Shown: in pieces, positions 29,728 to 40,800 of the stretch | Layout: each line of letters opens with the position of its first letter | How positions within the stretch are numbered: the first letter of the stretch is position 1 | Assembly (NCBI GenBank): GCA_963727485.1 | Contig: CAVSGM010000002.1 | Coordinates: 1,216,001 to 1,280,000, forward strand | DNA from: an uncultured delta proteobacterium | GTDB taxonomy: Bacteria > Myxococcota > Myxococcia > SLRQ01 | Direction: 5' to 3' | Length of the DNA stretch: 64,000 nucleotides | Notes under the pieces: model-generated | Database searches by the model: none | Told to the model about the DNA's origin: nothing | What the model saw: the letters and a program-made list of their open reading frames with translations, nothing else | Made by a program: the position numbers and the translations under genes

Positions 29728-32700
29728 CGCCGCCGCTTGAGCACCGCCGCGCCGAGGGCGAGGAGCGCCAGGCCCGCGAGCCCGCCATTCCCGGTCCCCG
29801 TCGCCGCGCACCCGCAGCCCCCGGCGGGCGTGGTGTTCCCGCCGCCCGCCTGCGCCGCCTTCACGGTGAAGCTGTGGGTCTTCGCCGGCGCCGTCGCCGG
29901 ATTGTGCGAGGTGTTCTGGGCATCCGACCCGTCCACCGCCTCCAGGTAGTACTCCACCGCCGGCGCCTGGATCACCGAGCCCGGCAGGGTCGCGGTGTAG
30001 GTCTTCCCGTCGGTCCCGGCGGTCAGCGCCGTGGAGAGGAACGCCCCGGTGCCCTGCTCCCGGAAGTACACCCGCACCTCGGCGACCCCCGAGGGGTCGG
30101 TGACCGTGGCGGTGATCTTCAGGTCCTTGCCCGCGGGCTGGCCGTCGGCGATGGGCGTGTGGTCGATGGTGGGCCCGGTGCCGTCGGGGGCCTGGACCTG
30201 GAGCACGAAGGGCGAGGCATCGGCCGCCTGCGGGAGGTCCGAGACGTTCGCCGCCGGCGATCCGTCCACCGCCTCCAGGTAGTAGGCGATCTGCGGGGCC
30301 ACCACCGCCGAGGCGGGGATCGTCGCCGCGTACCCGTCGCCGCCGGTGGACGCCATGGCCAGGGGCGTGAACGCCCCGCTGGCGCCCGACTGGACGTAGA
30401 GGGTCACGCTCGCCACCCCCGAGCCGTCGGTCACCGTGGCGGTGACGTCGATGGCCTGCCCGGCGGGCACCGGCCCGGCCACCGGCTGGTGGGTGATCTG
30501 GGGGCCGGCGGTGTCCCCGGTGCCCACGGTGAACTGGTAGGGCGAAGACGCCCCGCCCGCGGGATCGGTGGCCTGGTTCGCCGCCGCCGAGGCGTCCTCG
30601 GCGAGCAGGTAGTAGTCGACGCCGGCGACGGTCACCGCCGAGGCGGGGATCACGCCGGTCCAGGTGTCGCCGGCGCCCTGGGTCATCGCCGTGGAGACGA
30701 AGCCCCCGGCGCCGGTGGCCCGGTAGAAGAGCGTCACCGAGGCGACGCCGCTGGCGTCGGTCACCACCGCGCTCACCGTCACCGGCTGACCGGCGGGCTG
30801 GCCGTCGGCGACCTTGGTGTGGGTCACCGAAGGCGGCGTGGTGTCGGCGACGACCCCGCAGCCGTCGTTCACCGCGCCGGGCGTCCCGTGGTCGCCGTCG
30901 GCGAGCGGCGTGGTGGCCAGGCACCAGTTGGCGCCGTCGTCGTTGGCGGTGGCGTCGAGGGAGCCGGGGTCGAGCGACATCGACGAGCCCTCGACGTCGG
31001 GGAAGGTGGCGCCGTTGTCCCAGGCCACCTCGTCGATCACCGTGGTCCCGCTCTTGATGATGATCTCATCCGAGGCGTTGGACAGCTGCATCCCGTTGTA
31101 GACGTAGTCGACGTTCACCCCGCCGTTGAGGGTGGTGTCGGCGCTGCGCCCGAAGACCAGGTACCCCCCGGCGGCGATCATCAGGGGCGACCCGTTGTTC
31201 ACCGTGAAGGTGTCGCTCCCGGTGTCCGAGAAGGTCAGCCCGTTCACGTCGATGGGCGCCTGGGTGGTGTTGTGGATCTCGAACCACTCCCGGTCGCTCT
31301 CGGTCCCGGTGGGGTTGTTGAGGATCTCGTCGACGATGAGGTCGCCGGCGAGGATCGTCGAGGGCTGACCCACGGTGAAGCTCGAGAAGCTCGAGGGCGC
31401 CCCGGCGGGCGCGGTGCCGGTGTTCGAAGGCGAGGCGGTGTCGGTGGCCTCGACGTAGTAGTCGACCCCGGGCACGGCGACGGCGGCGGCGGGGACGTCG
31501 GCGGTGTAGTCCGAGCCCGAAGCGGCGCTCATGGCCACCGACGCGAACGAGCCGCCACCACCGGAGGTCCGGTAGTAGAGGGTCACCGCGCCCACCCCGG
31601 TGGCGTCGGTCACCTGGGCGGTCACGGTCACCGGCTGCGCCGCGGTCTGCCCATCGGCCACCGGCGTCACGGTGATCGTCGGCGCCGCGGTGTCGGCGGC
31701 GGTGACGGTGAAGGCGCGGACCGCCGCCGGCGCCGTCGCCGGATCGGTGCCGGTGTTCGGCGTCGCCGCGGTGTCGGTGGCGTCGAGGTAGTAGTCCATC
31801 CCCGGCGACTTCACCGCGCTCCCGGGGATGGTGGCGGTGTAGGTCCCCGAGGCGCCGGTCATGGGCACCGCGGTGAAGGTCGTGCCCCCGGTGACCCGGT
31901 AGTAGAGGTTCACCGAGGCGACGCCGGTGGCGTCGGTGACCCCGGCGCTCACCGTCACCGGCTGGCCGGCGGGCTGGCCGTCGGCGACCGGCGTGAGGGT
32001 GATGGTCGGGGGCGTGGTGTCGGCGCCGCCGGTGATGTGGGCGATGCAGGTGTCGGTGGCGGTGGCCCCGTCGTTGTCGGTGACCGTGAGCGTCGCCGTG
32101 TAGTCCCCGCCACTCTGGTACTGGTGGCTGACGATCTTCCCCGAGGCGGCGGCGCCGTCGCCGAAGTCCCAGTGGTAGCCGGCGAGGGTGCCGTCGGGGT
32201 CGCTGGAGCCCGAGGCGTCGAAGGTCACGGCGATGCCGGGGTTCTCGTACTTGTCGGGGCCGGCGGCGGCCACCGGCGCGAGGTCGACCTTCACCGCCAT
32301 GGTGGCGGTGCCGGTGGCGCCCTGGTTGTCGGTGACCACCAGGGTCACCGTGCGGTCGGTGCCCCCGGTGAAGGTGTGGGTGACCTTGGCGCCGGTGCCG
32401 GTGGTCCCGTCCCCGAAGTCCCAGGCGTAGGCGGCGAGGGTGCCGTCGGGATCATAGGAGCCCGAGCCGTCGAAGGCGGTCGCCACCCCGGCGACCACCG
32501 TGCGGTCGGGGCCCGGGTTGGCGATGGGCCACTTGTTCGCCGAGGGGTTGTACTCGTAGGCGCCCAGGTCCACCACCGCGGTCCCGGTGCCGATGCCGGT
32601 CACCGGCCGGGTCGCCCCGTCGGCGTCGGTGGTCAGGGGGCTTGCGGGATCGCCGGCGTCGACGCAGGTCGAGCTCGCCAGCAGGTGGTAGTTGTGGCCG

Positions 32701-35534
32701 GCAGCGTCGACGAAGAGGGGGTTGGCGCTGATGGAGTGGCTGCCGGCGCTGGTCCCCGAGTAGTCGGTGGTGTTGCCCCAGAGGTCGTCGTAGTCGCTGG
32801 ACACCGTGGGGTAGGAGTTGCTCACGTAGATCCCGCGGCTGGCCCCGGTGATGATGGACCCGCGCACCGAGACGGTGAGCTCGCTGTAGTAGCTGGCGCT
32901 GGCGGCGATGCCGTAGGTCGCGGTGCCGGCGATGGTGGCACCCCGAACCGTGACCTTGTGCCCGGTGGCGCTGCTGTGGACGTAGAGCCCACCGGAGGGG
33001 TTGCCGTAGAGCACCGCGTTGTCGAGCTCGAGGTCGGCGGTTTCCACCCGGACCCCGTAGCCAGCGTTGTCGTGGGAGACCACCCCGTCGACCGTCGGCG
33101 CGCCGCCGCTGACCTGGATCCCGGTGCTGCTCGCCGTGACCTCGCCGCCGGTGAGGTGCACCGTGCCCGTGGACTGGAGGGTGTAGCCGTTGACGGCATG
33201 GGAGACGTGGGCGCCGGCGATCTGGGCGGTGCCCGCCTGGAGGAGCTCCACGCCCTGCCAGTCCTTCGCCGCCTTGCTCGCCGCGGCCGAGTCGAGGACC
33301 ACGGGCTTGGGCGTGGTGCCGTTGACCACCAGGTGGCCGAGGACGCGCAGCTCGGTCTTGCCGAGGGAGGTGTTGCCGCCCATGTCGTCGGTGGTGGCCA
33401 TCTTCAGGGTGGTCCCGGCCCCGAGGGTGAGGGTCACCCCGGGCTCGACGGTGAGGTCACCGAGCACCTGGTAGGGCCCGGAGGCGGCGTCGAGGGTGAG
33501 GTCGCTGTAGAGGTGACCCTCGAGGCCCGCGGTGGGCACCCCGTCGAAGGGCAGGGCGCCCATGTCGCCGCCACCGGAGGCGTGGAGGCGCGCCGGGGAG
33601 CGGCTGGTGATGCGCAGGTCGTGGCCCGCGAGGTCGACGAAGAGGGGCTTCTCCGACATGCACCCACTGCCCGCCGTGGCCCCGCTCCAGTTGGTCGTCT
33701 GCCCCCACACCAGGTCGTAGGTGGCGTTCACGGTGGGGTAGGAGTTGGAGACGTAGATGCCCCGGCTGCCGTTGTCGGCGACGATGCTGTCGGTGAGGGT
33801 GAGGGTCAGCTCGCTGTAGTAGGTGGCGCTGACCGAGAGACCGTAGGTGGTGTTGTCGGCCACGGTGGATCCGGTCACCGCCACCTTGTGGCCGGCGGCG
33901 CTGCTGCGCAGGTAGAGACCGTAGCTGCCGTTGCCGTAGACCAGACCCTTGTCGAAGGTGAGGTCCGCGGTGTCCACCCGCACCCCGTCCGCCGAGCCGT
34001 CCTTCACCGTCACCTGGGAGGCGTCGAAGCTCCCGGCGTCGACGAGGAGGCCCTGGAGCTTGGACCCGGTGAGGACCGAGCGCTGGATCCGGCTCCCGGC
34101 CGCGGTCTGGGCGTGGAGGGCCACGTTGGCGTCGGAGATGGTCACGTAGTCGAAGAAGGAGCTGGTGGACCCGGGGAGCAGCTCCACCCCGCCCCAGTCG
34201 CCGGCGGCGGGGGTGGTGGCGTCCGACTCGAGGTGGATGCCGTCGGTGGCGGTGCCGTCGGCGACCAGGGTCCCGAGGACCCGCAGCTCGGTGAGGGCCT
34301 GGTCGTAGGCGACCATCACGTCGCTCCCGTGGGCGAAGCGGACCACCGCCCCGGGGGCGATGGTGAGGGTGACGCCGGGCTCGACGGTGAGGTCCCCCTT
34401 GACGTCGTAGGGCCCTCCGGCCGCGGTCCAGGTGGTGTTGGCGTAGAGGTGGCCGGCGATGAAGGGCGTGGCGGTCCCGTCGTAGGCCAGGGCGCCCAGG
34501 TCGGTGCCGTCGTGGGCGTGCTTGCGCGCGGGCGACATGGAGGTGATGCGCAGGTCCCGGCCGGCCTGGTCGACGAAGAGGGGGTTCTCGGCCTCACAGC
34601 CGGTGCCCGTGGAGACGCCGCTCCAGTCGGTGGTGTTGCTCCACACCAGGTCGTAGGTGGCGACGACCGTGGGGTAGGAGTTGCTGGCGTAGACCCCGTA
34701 GCGGTTGCCCACCACGATGTCGTCGGTGACCGTGAGGGTGAGCTGGCTGTAGTAGGTGGCGTAGGCAGAGAGGCCGTAGCTCTGGTTGCCGACGACGGTG
34801 GACCTGGTGACCTTCACCGAGATGCCGTTCACCGAGCTGCGCGCGTAGACGCCGGTGGCGTTGTCGACGATGCGGCTGCCGTCGACCGTCCCCGAGCTGC
34901 TGTCGAGGTAGAGGCCGTAGCTGCCGTTGTCGTGGACGTTCAGGCCGCTGAAGGTGAACCCGGTGCCGCCGACGAGGTGCGCCCCGTCGCTGGTCATCCC
35001 GGTGATCTCGGTGCCGGTGGCGGTGATGCTGCCGCTGCTGCCGACGATCCCCTCCCGCCCGTTCTCCAGGAGCCCCCCGTCGAGGGTGACGGTGCCCCCG
35101 CCGAGGCTGATGGCCTCGTCGGCGTTGGAGAGGGTGGTGCCGGCCAGGGTCACCGTGCCCCCGGGGAGGGCCACGATGCCCAGGTAGTCGGAGGCCGCCG
35201 GGGTGGTGGCGCCGGAGACCAGGTGCACGGGGCTCGCGGCGGTGCCCTGGGTGATCAGGGTGCCCGCCGCGCGCAGCTCGGTGAGGTTCGAGTTCGAGCC
35301 CGATCCCAGGGTGTCGCCAGGGCCGAGCTTCACGGTGACGCCCGCCTGGATGGTGAGGGTCACGCCGCTGGGGACGGTGACGTCGCCGGCGAGCACATAG
35401 GGCGACCCGGCGGCGGTCCAGGTGGTGTCCCCGGTCAGGTTGCCGGGGGAGACGGGGGTGGCGGCGTGGGCGGCGGCGGGCGCGGCGCAGACGGCGGCCA
35501 GGGCCACCGCGAGGGCGGGGAGTCGACGGGTCAT
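29676..35534 (-). CDS. Giant surface protein: 3 beta-helix modules, 2 PKD, 5 Ig-like repeats, lamin-tail domain, MYXO-CTERM
   Basis: Signal peptide ending AHA; 3x TW/LT..GPY...GD.TV..GVTLTI; 2x WDFGDG; DLIVDEILNNP...EWFEIHN (LTD-like); C-terminal GGCGC + TM helix + KRRR. The 3' end overlaps the convergent pirin gene. Confidence 0.85.
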   Translation of the reverse strand: MTRRLPALAVALAAVCAAPAAAHAATPVSPGNLTGDTTWTAAGSPYVLAGDVTVPSGVTLTIQAGVTVKLGPGDTLGSGSNSNLTELRAAGTLITQGTAASPVHLVSGATTPAASDYLGIVALPGGTVTLAGTTLSNADEAISLGGGTVTLDGGLLENGREGIVGSSGSITATGTEITGMTSDGAHLVGGTGFTFSGLNVHDNGSYGLYLDSSSGTVDGSRIVDNATGVYARSSVNGISVKVTRSTVVGNQSYGLSAYATYYSQLTLTVTDDIVVGNRYGVYASNSYPTVVATYDLVWSNTTDWSGVSTGTGCEAENPLFVDQAGRDLRITSMSPARKHAHDGTDLGALAYDGTATPFIAGHLYANTTWTAAGGPYDVKGDLTVEPGVTLTIAPGAVVRFAHGSDVMVAYDQALTELRVLGTLVADGTATDGIHLESDATTPAAGDWGGVELLPGSTSSFFDYVTISDANVALHAQTAAGSRIQRSVLTGSKLQGLLVDAGSFDASQVTVKDGSADGVRVDTADLTFDKGLVYGNGSYGLYLRSSAAGHKVAVTGSTVADNTTYGLSVSATYYSELTLTLTDSIVADNGSRGIYVSNSYPTVNATYDLVWGQTTNWSGATAGSGCMSEKPLFVDLAGHDLRITSRSPARLHASGGGDMGALPFDGVPTAGLEGHLYSDLTLDAASGPYQVLGDLTVEPGVTLTLGAGTTLKMATTDDMGGNTSLGKTELRVLGHLVVNGTTPKPVVLDSAAASKAAKDWQGVELLQAGTAQIAGAHVSHAVNGYTLQSTGTVHLTGGEVTASSTGIQVSGGAPTVDGVVSHDNAGYGVRVETADLELDNAVLYGNPSGGLYVHSSATGHKVTVRGATIAGTATYGIAASASYYSELTVSVRGSIITGASRGIYVSNSYPTVSSDYDDLWGNTTDYSGTSAGSHSISANPLFVDAAGHNYHLLASSTCVDAGDPASPLTTDADGATRPVTGIGTGTAVVDLGAYEYNPSANKWPIANPGPDRTVVAGVATAFDGSGSYDPDGTLAAYAWDFGDGTTGTGAKVTHTFTGGTDRTVTLVVTDNQGATGTATMAVKVDLAPVAAAGPDKYENPGIAVTFDASGSSDPDGTLAGYHWDFGDGAAASGKIVSHQYQSGGDYTATLTVTDNDGATATDTCIAHITGGADTTPPTITLTPVADGQPAGQPVTVSAGVTDATGVASVNLYYRVTGGTTFTAVPMTGASGTYTATIPGSAVKSPGMDYYLDATDTAATPNTGTDPATAPAAVRAFTVTAADTAAPTITVTPVADGQTAAQPVTVTAQVTDATGVGAVTLYYRTSGGGGSFASVAMSAASGSDYTADVPAAAVAVPGVDYYVEATDTASPSNTGTAPAGAPSSFSSFTVGQPSTILAGDLIVDEILNNPTGTESDREWFEIHNTTQAPIDVNGLTFSDTGSDTFTVNNGSPLMIAAGGYLVFGRSADTTLNGGVNVDYVYNGMQLSNASDEIIIKSGTTVIDEVAWDNGATFPDVEGSSMSLDPGSLDATANDDGANWCLATTPLADGDHGTPGAVNDGCGVVADTTPPSVTHTKVADGQPAGQPVTVSAVVTDASGVASVTLFYRATGAGGFVSTAMTQGAGDTWTGVIPASAVTVAGVDYYLLAEDASAAANQATDPAGGASSPYQFTVGTGDTAGPQITHQPVAGPVPAGQAIDVTATVTDGSGVASVTLYVQSGASGAFTPLAMASTGGDGYAATIPASAVVAPQIAYYLEAVDGSPAANVSDLPQAADASPFVLQVQAPDGTGPTIDHTPIADGQPAGKDLKITATVTDPSGVAEVRVYFREQGTGAFLSTALTAGTDGKTYTATLPGSVIQAPAVEYYLEAVDGSDAQNTSHNPATAPAKTHSFTVKAAQAGGGNTTPAGGCGCAATGTGNGGLAGLALLALGAAVLKRRRYAGSGTRSASSPRTTG

Positions 35535-35761
35535 CGTGGGTCCTCCGAGCACGATGTGGGGGGAAAGCGTACGCCCACGTACATGATCGCACCTCCCCCG
35601 ACAATGACGGGGATCACACGGGCCCGCCGGGGGCGCCGGGTGGCACGGCCCTTGGACTTCCCCCCCGGCGCGGGCCGTCCCAGGCCCGCCGGCGGGGCAA
35701 TCCGTGTCCCCGCCGCCACCCGGGCGCGTCCGCGCGCCCACGATCCGCACGGGAGGGGAAG

Positions 35762-36871
35762 ATGATCGAGCACGTGGATCTCGCCGTCGTCGGCGCCGGC
35801 TTCGCGGGGCTGGCCTGCGCCCAGGCCGCCGCGGCCCGGGGCCTGTCCACCGTGGTCCTCGAGCGCCAGCCCGGCCCCGGGGCCCGGGTGCGCACCACCG
35901 GGATCCTGGTCCAGGAGGTCGCCGACGCCTGGGACGTGCCGCGGTCGCTCACCCGGCGCATCCCCGGGGTGCGCCTCCACGCGCCGAGCGGGAAGACCCT
36001 GGACCTCGCCCGCCCGGGCTACGGGTTCTACGCGACCGACACCAAGGCGCTGATGCGCTGGCTGGCCACCGAGGCCTGGCGCGCCGGGGCGCAGGTCCGC
36101 TACGGCGTGCCCTACGCCGGGGCGCGGCGCGTCGGGGACCGGTGGCACCTCGCAGGCACGGGCCTGGCCGCCCGGTACCTGGTGGGTGCCGACGGGGCGC
36201 GCTCCCAGGTGGCCCGGGACCTTCGCCTGGGCCGCGTCGGTGAGCACCTCGTCGGCCTGGAGGTCCACCTCGCCGGCGCCGGCGCCCAGTCGGGCGAGCG
36301 CCTCGAGTGCTTCCTCGACCGCGAGCTCGCCCCCGGCTACCTCGGGTGGGCGGTCCCGGGCACCGACCACCTCCAGGTGGGCCTCGCCTTCCGCCCCCCG
36401 CACCGCGCTCGCCTCGCGCCGCTTGTCGCCCGGGTGCGCCGGGTCCTCGACCTCGAGGGCGCGGAGGTCGTCGGCCGCCGCGCCGGGATCATCCCCTGCG
36501 GGGGCCCGGTGGCGCCCTCTGCCACCGAGGGGGCGATGCTCCTGGGCGACGCCGCGGGCCTGGTCTCGCCGCTGACCGCCGGCGGCATCCACCCGGCCCT
36601 GGACCTCGGGCGCCTCGCCGGGCGCCTGGTCGCCGGCCACCTCGCCGAGGGGGGCCCCGATCCGGCCCGGCAGCTCGCCCGGGCCCGCCCCCGGTGGCCG
36701 GTGAAGCGGGCGATGCGCCTCGCCCTCGACCACCCGCCCCCGAATGCGGTGATCGACGCCGCCTTCGGCACCGCCGCCTTCCGCCGCCTCGCCGAGCTCG
36801 TCTACTTCCACCACCGGGGCCTGCTCACCGCCGAGGGCTGGAAGGCCCTGCTCCTGCCGGCGCGGTCCTAG
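35762..36871 (+). CDS. FAD-dependent oxidoreductase, geranylgeranyl reductase-like family
   Basis: VVGAGFAG, LVGADGARSQVA, LLGDAAGLVSPLTAGGIHPAL. Confidence 0.85.
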   Translation: MIEHVDLAVVGAGFAGLACAQAAAARGLSTVVLERQPGPGARVRTTGILVQEVADAWDVPRSLTRRIPGVRLHAPSGKTLDLARPGYGFYATDTKALMRWLATEAWRAGAQVRYGVPYAGARRVGDRWHLAGTGLAARYLVGADGARSQVARDLRLGRVGEHLVGLEVHLAGAGAQSGERLECFLDRELAPGYLGWAVPGTDHLQVGLAFRPPHRARLAPLVARVRRVLDLEGAEVVGRRAGIIPCGGPVAPSATEGAMLLGDAAGLVSPLTAGGIHPALDLGRLAGRLVAGHLAEGGPDPARQLARARPRWPVKRAMRLALDHPPPNAVIDAAFGTAAFRRLAELVYFHHRGLLTAEGWKALLLPARS

Positions 36872-37761
36872 TCGCCGAAGGTCTCGATCACCAGGTCCCG
36901 GAAGGCCGTGACCTTCCGGGGCAGCAGGCGCCGCGCCGGGATCACCAGGTAGAGGTGGGTGCCGCTCAGGGTGTACCGGGGGAGCACGGGCACCAGGGTG
37001 CCGGCGGCCACGGCCGCGGCGGCGGTCTCCCGGGGCATCAGGCCCACGCCCCCGCCGGCGATCAGGGCCGCCCGGAGAAAGAGGAAGTCGTTGGCCGCCA
37101 CCCGCCGCTCGAAGGACACCTCCACGATGCGCCCGCCGGGGCCGTCGAGGCGCAGCGTCGTGGGGAAGCCCCGGAGGGTGAGCCACCGGTGGCCTGCGAG
37201 CTCCTTGGGGCGCTTCGGGGTCCCCGCGGCCTCGAGGTAGCCCGGCGCCGCGTAGATCCCCACCACCGAGGTGCGGAGCTTCCGCGCCACCAGCGACGAG
37301 TCGGCCAGCTGCCCGGCGCTGGCGCGCAGGGCCGCGTCGAAGCCCTCGGCCACGAGATCCACCACCCGGTCGGTGAGCTCCACCTCCACGTCGAGCTGCG
37401 GGTGCCGGGAGACCAGGGTCGCCACCACCTGCCCCAGGTCGTCGCCGAGGTCCACCGGCGCGGTCACCCGCAGGCGCCCCGAGGGGGCGTCCTGGCCCTC
37501 GGGGAGCGCCTCCAGGGTCGCCTCCAGGGAGGCGAGGATCGGCGCCAGCCGGGCGAGGAGGCTCTCGCCGGCGGTGGAGAGGGCCACCTGGCGGGTGGTG
37601 CGGTGGAAGAGCGGCGTGCCGACGGCCTCCTCCAGGCGCGCCACCTGCCGGCTCACGGTGCTCTTGGCGACGCCCAGGCGCTTGGCGGCGCCGGAGAAGC
37701 TCCCGGTCTCGGCGACCATGGCGAAGACGGGCAGGAGGCTGACGTCCACGGGCTCATGCAT
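36868..37761 (-). CDS. LysR family transcriptional regulator
   Basis: FAMVAETGSFSGAAKRLGVAKSTVSRQVARLE, LFHRTTR, VDLVAEGFDAALR. Confidence 0.93.
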   Translation of the reverse strand: MHEPVDVSLLPVFAMVAETGSFSGAAKRLGVAKSTVSRQVARLEEAVGTPLFHRTTRQVALSTAGESLLARLAPILASLEATLEALPEGQDAPSGRLRVTAPVDLGDDLGQVVATLVSRHPQLDVEVELTDRVVDLVAEGFDAALRASAGQLADSSLVARKLRTSVVGIYAAPGYLEAAGTPKRPKELAGHRWLTLRGFPTTLRLDGPGGRIVEVSFERRVAANDFLFLRAALIAGGGVGLMPRETAAAAVAAGTLVPVLPRYTLSGTHLYLVIPARRLLPRKVTAFRDLVIETFGD

Positions 37762-37817
37762 GACCGGAGAGGTTGGGCCCACCGCGGCCAGATGGCCAGC
37801 GCCCCGGCCGACGGACG

Positions 37818-37857
37818 AAAAACGGGGGCCGCGGCACCCACAAGGCCGCGACCCCCG
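37818..37857 (-). terminator. Intrinsic terminator after the Kelch/PKD gene
   Basis: Minus strand cgggggtcgcggc-loop-gccgcggcccccg followed by ttttt, about 20 nt past the stop codon. Confidence 0.75.
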
Positions 37858-37876
37858 CCCCCCCGGCTTCGTCGCC

Positions 37877-40800
37877 CTACCGCCGCGCCGCCGCCCGCGT
37901 CCGGCGACGCTTGCCGCTCACACCCAGGGCGCCGAGCACCAGGAAGACCAGGGCGGTCGCCGGAGCGCCGGCGTTCCCCTCGGTGGTGGCGTCGCAGCTG
38001 CAGCCGGTGGCGCTGGGCGCGCCGGTGCCGGTCTGCGAGGCGCCGCCGTCGGTGCCGCCGGTCGACCCGCCGTCGCTGCCGCCGGTGGAGCCGCCGTCGC
38101 CGCCGCCGATGGTCCCGCCGTCACTGCCGCCGGCGGTGCCGGTGACGGTCACGGTGAAGGTCACCTGGTCCGACAGGCCCGTGTCGTCGGTCACCTTCAC
38201 GGTCACCGGGTAGTCGCCGTCGGCCACGCTCGCCTCCGGGGCGTAGGCGTAGCTCCCGTCGGCGGCCACCGATCCGGGGCCGCTCACCAGGGTGAAGGTG
38301 AGGCCGGCGTGGGTGTCGGTGTCGGTCGCCGTGAGCGCCAGGGTCAAGGTGCCGCCGTGGGCCACGGTCTGGGGCCCGGGGTCGTCCATGGCCGGCCCCA
38401 CCGCGTTGACCCCGATGATCGCCGTCCGGCTCGCCGTCCCGCCCTCGCCGTCGTCGACGGTGAGGGTCACGGTGTACTGCCCGTGGCCGGGGTAGGCGTG
38501 CGACGCGTCGGCGCCGCTCGCCGCCGCAGACCCGTCGCCGAAGTCCCAGGTGTAGGTCAGGGCGGTGGCGCCGGGGTCGGTGGCCTCGCCGTGGACCTGG
38601 ATGGCCGTCCCCACCTTGGTCACCGCGGGCACGTCCAGGGCGGTGATGGTGGGCGGCACGTTGGCGATGACCACCTGCACGGTCTGGGTCGCGGTCTCGC
38701 CCTGGGCGTCGGCCACGGTCACGGTCACCGCGTAGGTCCCGGCGGGGGCGAAGACGTGGTCCACCTCGGGACCGTCTGCGGGGGCGGTGCCGTCGCCGAA
38801 GTCCCAGGTGTAGGTCAGGGTGCCGATCCCCGGGTCGCTGGCGGTCGCCGAGAGGTGCACCGAGCTCCCCTCGTCGCCGCCGGGGGCGGTCACCGAGGTG
38901 AGGGTCGGGGGTACGTCGGCGATGGTCACCGTCTTGGTGAGGCTGTCGGTGCCGCCGAAGCCGTCGGTCACGGTCAGGGTCACCTGGTAGCTCCCCGGGA
39001 GCGCGAAGGCGTGGGTCACGGTGGCCCCGATGCTGGCGGCGGTGCCGTCCCCGAAGTCCCAGGAGAGCAGCAGCGGCTCGTGGCCGGCGTCGGCGCCGGC
39101 GCCGGTGAAGGTCAGGGTCTCTGCCTCGTTCCCGTCAGGGGCGGTCATGGCCGAGACCACCGGCGGCACGTTGGTGACGGTGATCTGCCGGGTCGCGTGC
39201 ACCACCCCACCCTGGTGGTCGTCGGCGGTGACGGTGACGGTGTAGGTGCCGGGGACGAAGTAGACGTAGCTGCTGCTGCTGCCGAGGCTCGGCTTCCCGC
39301 CGTCCCCGAAGTCCCAGGAGAAGCTCGGCTTGTCGGCGCCGGGGTCGGTGCCCGTGGCGGCGACGTCGACGACCTGGCCCTCGGCCACGGTGCCCGGGAC
39401 GGTGACGCTGGTGAGGGTGGGCGGCACGTTGGCGATGGTGACGCTGGCGGCCTGGGTGGCCGTCCCGCCGTGGCCGTCGTCCACGGTGACCCGCACCGTG
39501 TAGGTCCCCGGCCACATGAAGGTGTGGGTGGCATCGGCGCCGGTCGCCGTGGCGGTCGAGTCGCCGAAGTCCCAGGTGTAGGTGAGCGCGTCGCTGCCCG
39601 CGTCGGTGGCCGTCGCGGAGAAGGCGAGCTGCGTCCCCTCGTCCCCGCCGGGGGCGGTCATGGCGGCGATCTGCGGCGCCACGTTGGCGATGGTGACCTG
39701 GGCGGTCTTCGAGTCGGTGCCCCCGTTCCCGTCGTCCACGGTCACGGTCACCGTGTAGGTGCCGGGCAGCATGAAGGTGTGGCTGGGGGTGGCGCCGGTG
39801 GCGGTGCCCCCGTCGCCGAAGTCCCAGGCGTAGGTCAGGGTGTCGCTGCCGGCGTCGGCGGCGGTGACCCCGAAGGTCAGGGCCGTGCCCTCGTCGCCGC
39901 TGGGCGCGGTGACCGCGGAGATGGTCGGCGCCACGTTGGCGATGGTGACCTGGGCGGTCTTCGAGTCGGTCCCGCCGTGGCCGTCGTTCACGGTCACGGT
40001 CACCGTGTAGGTGCCCGGAGCCATGAAGGTGTGGCTCGGGGCGGCGCCGGTGCCGGTGCCCCCGTCGCCGAAGTCCCAGGCGTAGGTCAGGGTGTCGCTC
40101 CCCGGATCACTGGCGGTGACCCCGAAGGTGAGCGCCGTCCCCTCGTCGCCGTTCGGCGCGGTCATCGCCGAGATGGTCGGCGCCACGTTGGCGATGGTGA
40201 CCTGGGCGGTCTTCGAGTCGGTGCCCCCGTTGCCGTCGCTCACGGTCACGGTCACCGTGTAGGTGCCCGGGGCCATGAAGGCGTGGCTCGGGGCCGCGCC
40301 GGTGCCGGTGCCCCCGTCGCCGAAGTCCCAGGCGTAGGTCAGGGTGTCGCTGCCAGGGTCGCTGGCGGTGACCCCGAAGGTCAGGCTCTGGCCCTCGTTG
40401 CCGCCCGGGGCGGTCATGGCGGAGATCGCCGGCGGGAGGTTGGCGATGCTGATGGTGCCGGTCTGGCTCGCGGACATCCCCTCCTTGTCGGTGACGGTGA
40501 GCTTCACCATGTAGCTGCCGGGGGTGCCGTAGCTGTGGGTGGCGGTCTGGCCGCTGCCCTGGGTGCCGTCGCCGAAGTCCCAGGCGTAGGTGAGGGTGTC
40601 ACCGGCGCCGTCGGTGGCGGTGCCCGAGAAGGTCAGGGTCTGGCCCTGGTTCCCGTTGGGGGCGGTGACCATCCCGATGACCGGGGGCACGTCGGCGATG
40701 GTGACGGTCTTCGCCTGGGTGGCGGACCCGCCATACGGGTCGGTCACGGTGAGCTTGACGGCATAGCTGCCGGGCATCTGGTAGGCGTGGGTCGCCGACT

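Noticed and set aside
35641..35656. Sigma54-like TGGCAC-N5-TTGG upstream of the FAD oxidoreductase (also CGGCAC-N5-GTGAA near 42727-42742 on the minus strand)
   Set aside because: The -12 GC is not conserved, so these are too weak to call in GC-rich DNA.
35762..36871. Geranylgeranyl-reductase-like gene as a MenJ-type menaquinone reductase
   Set aside because: It lies more than 11 kb from the men operon and the family is functionally diverse; there is no specific evidence.
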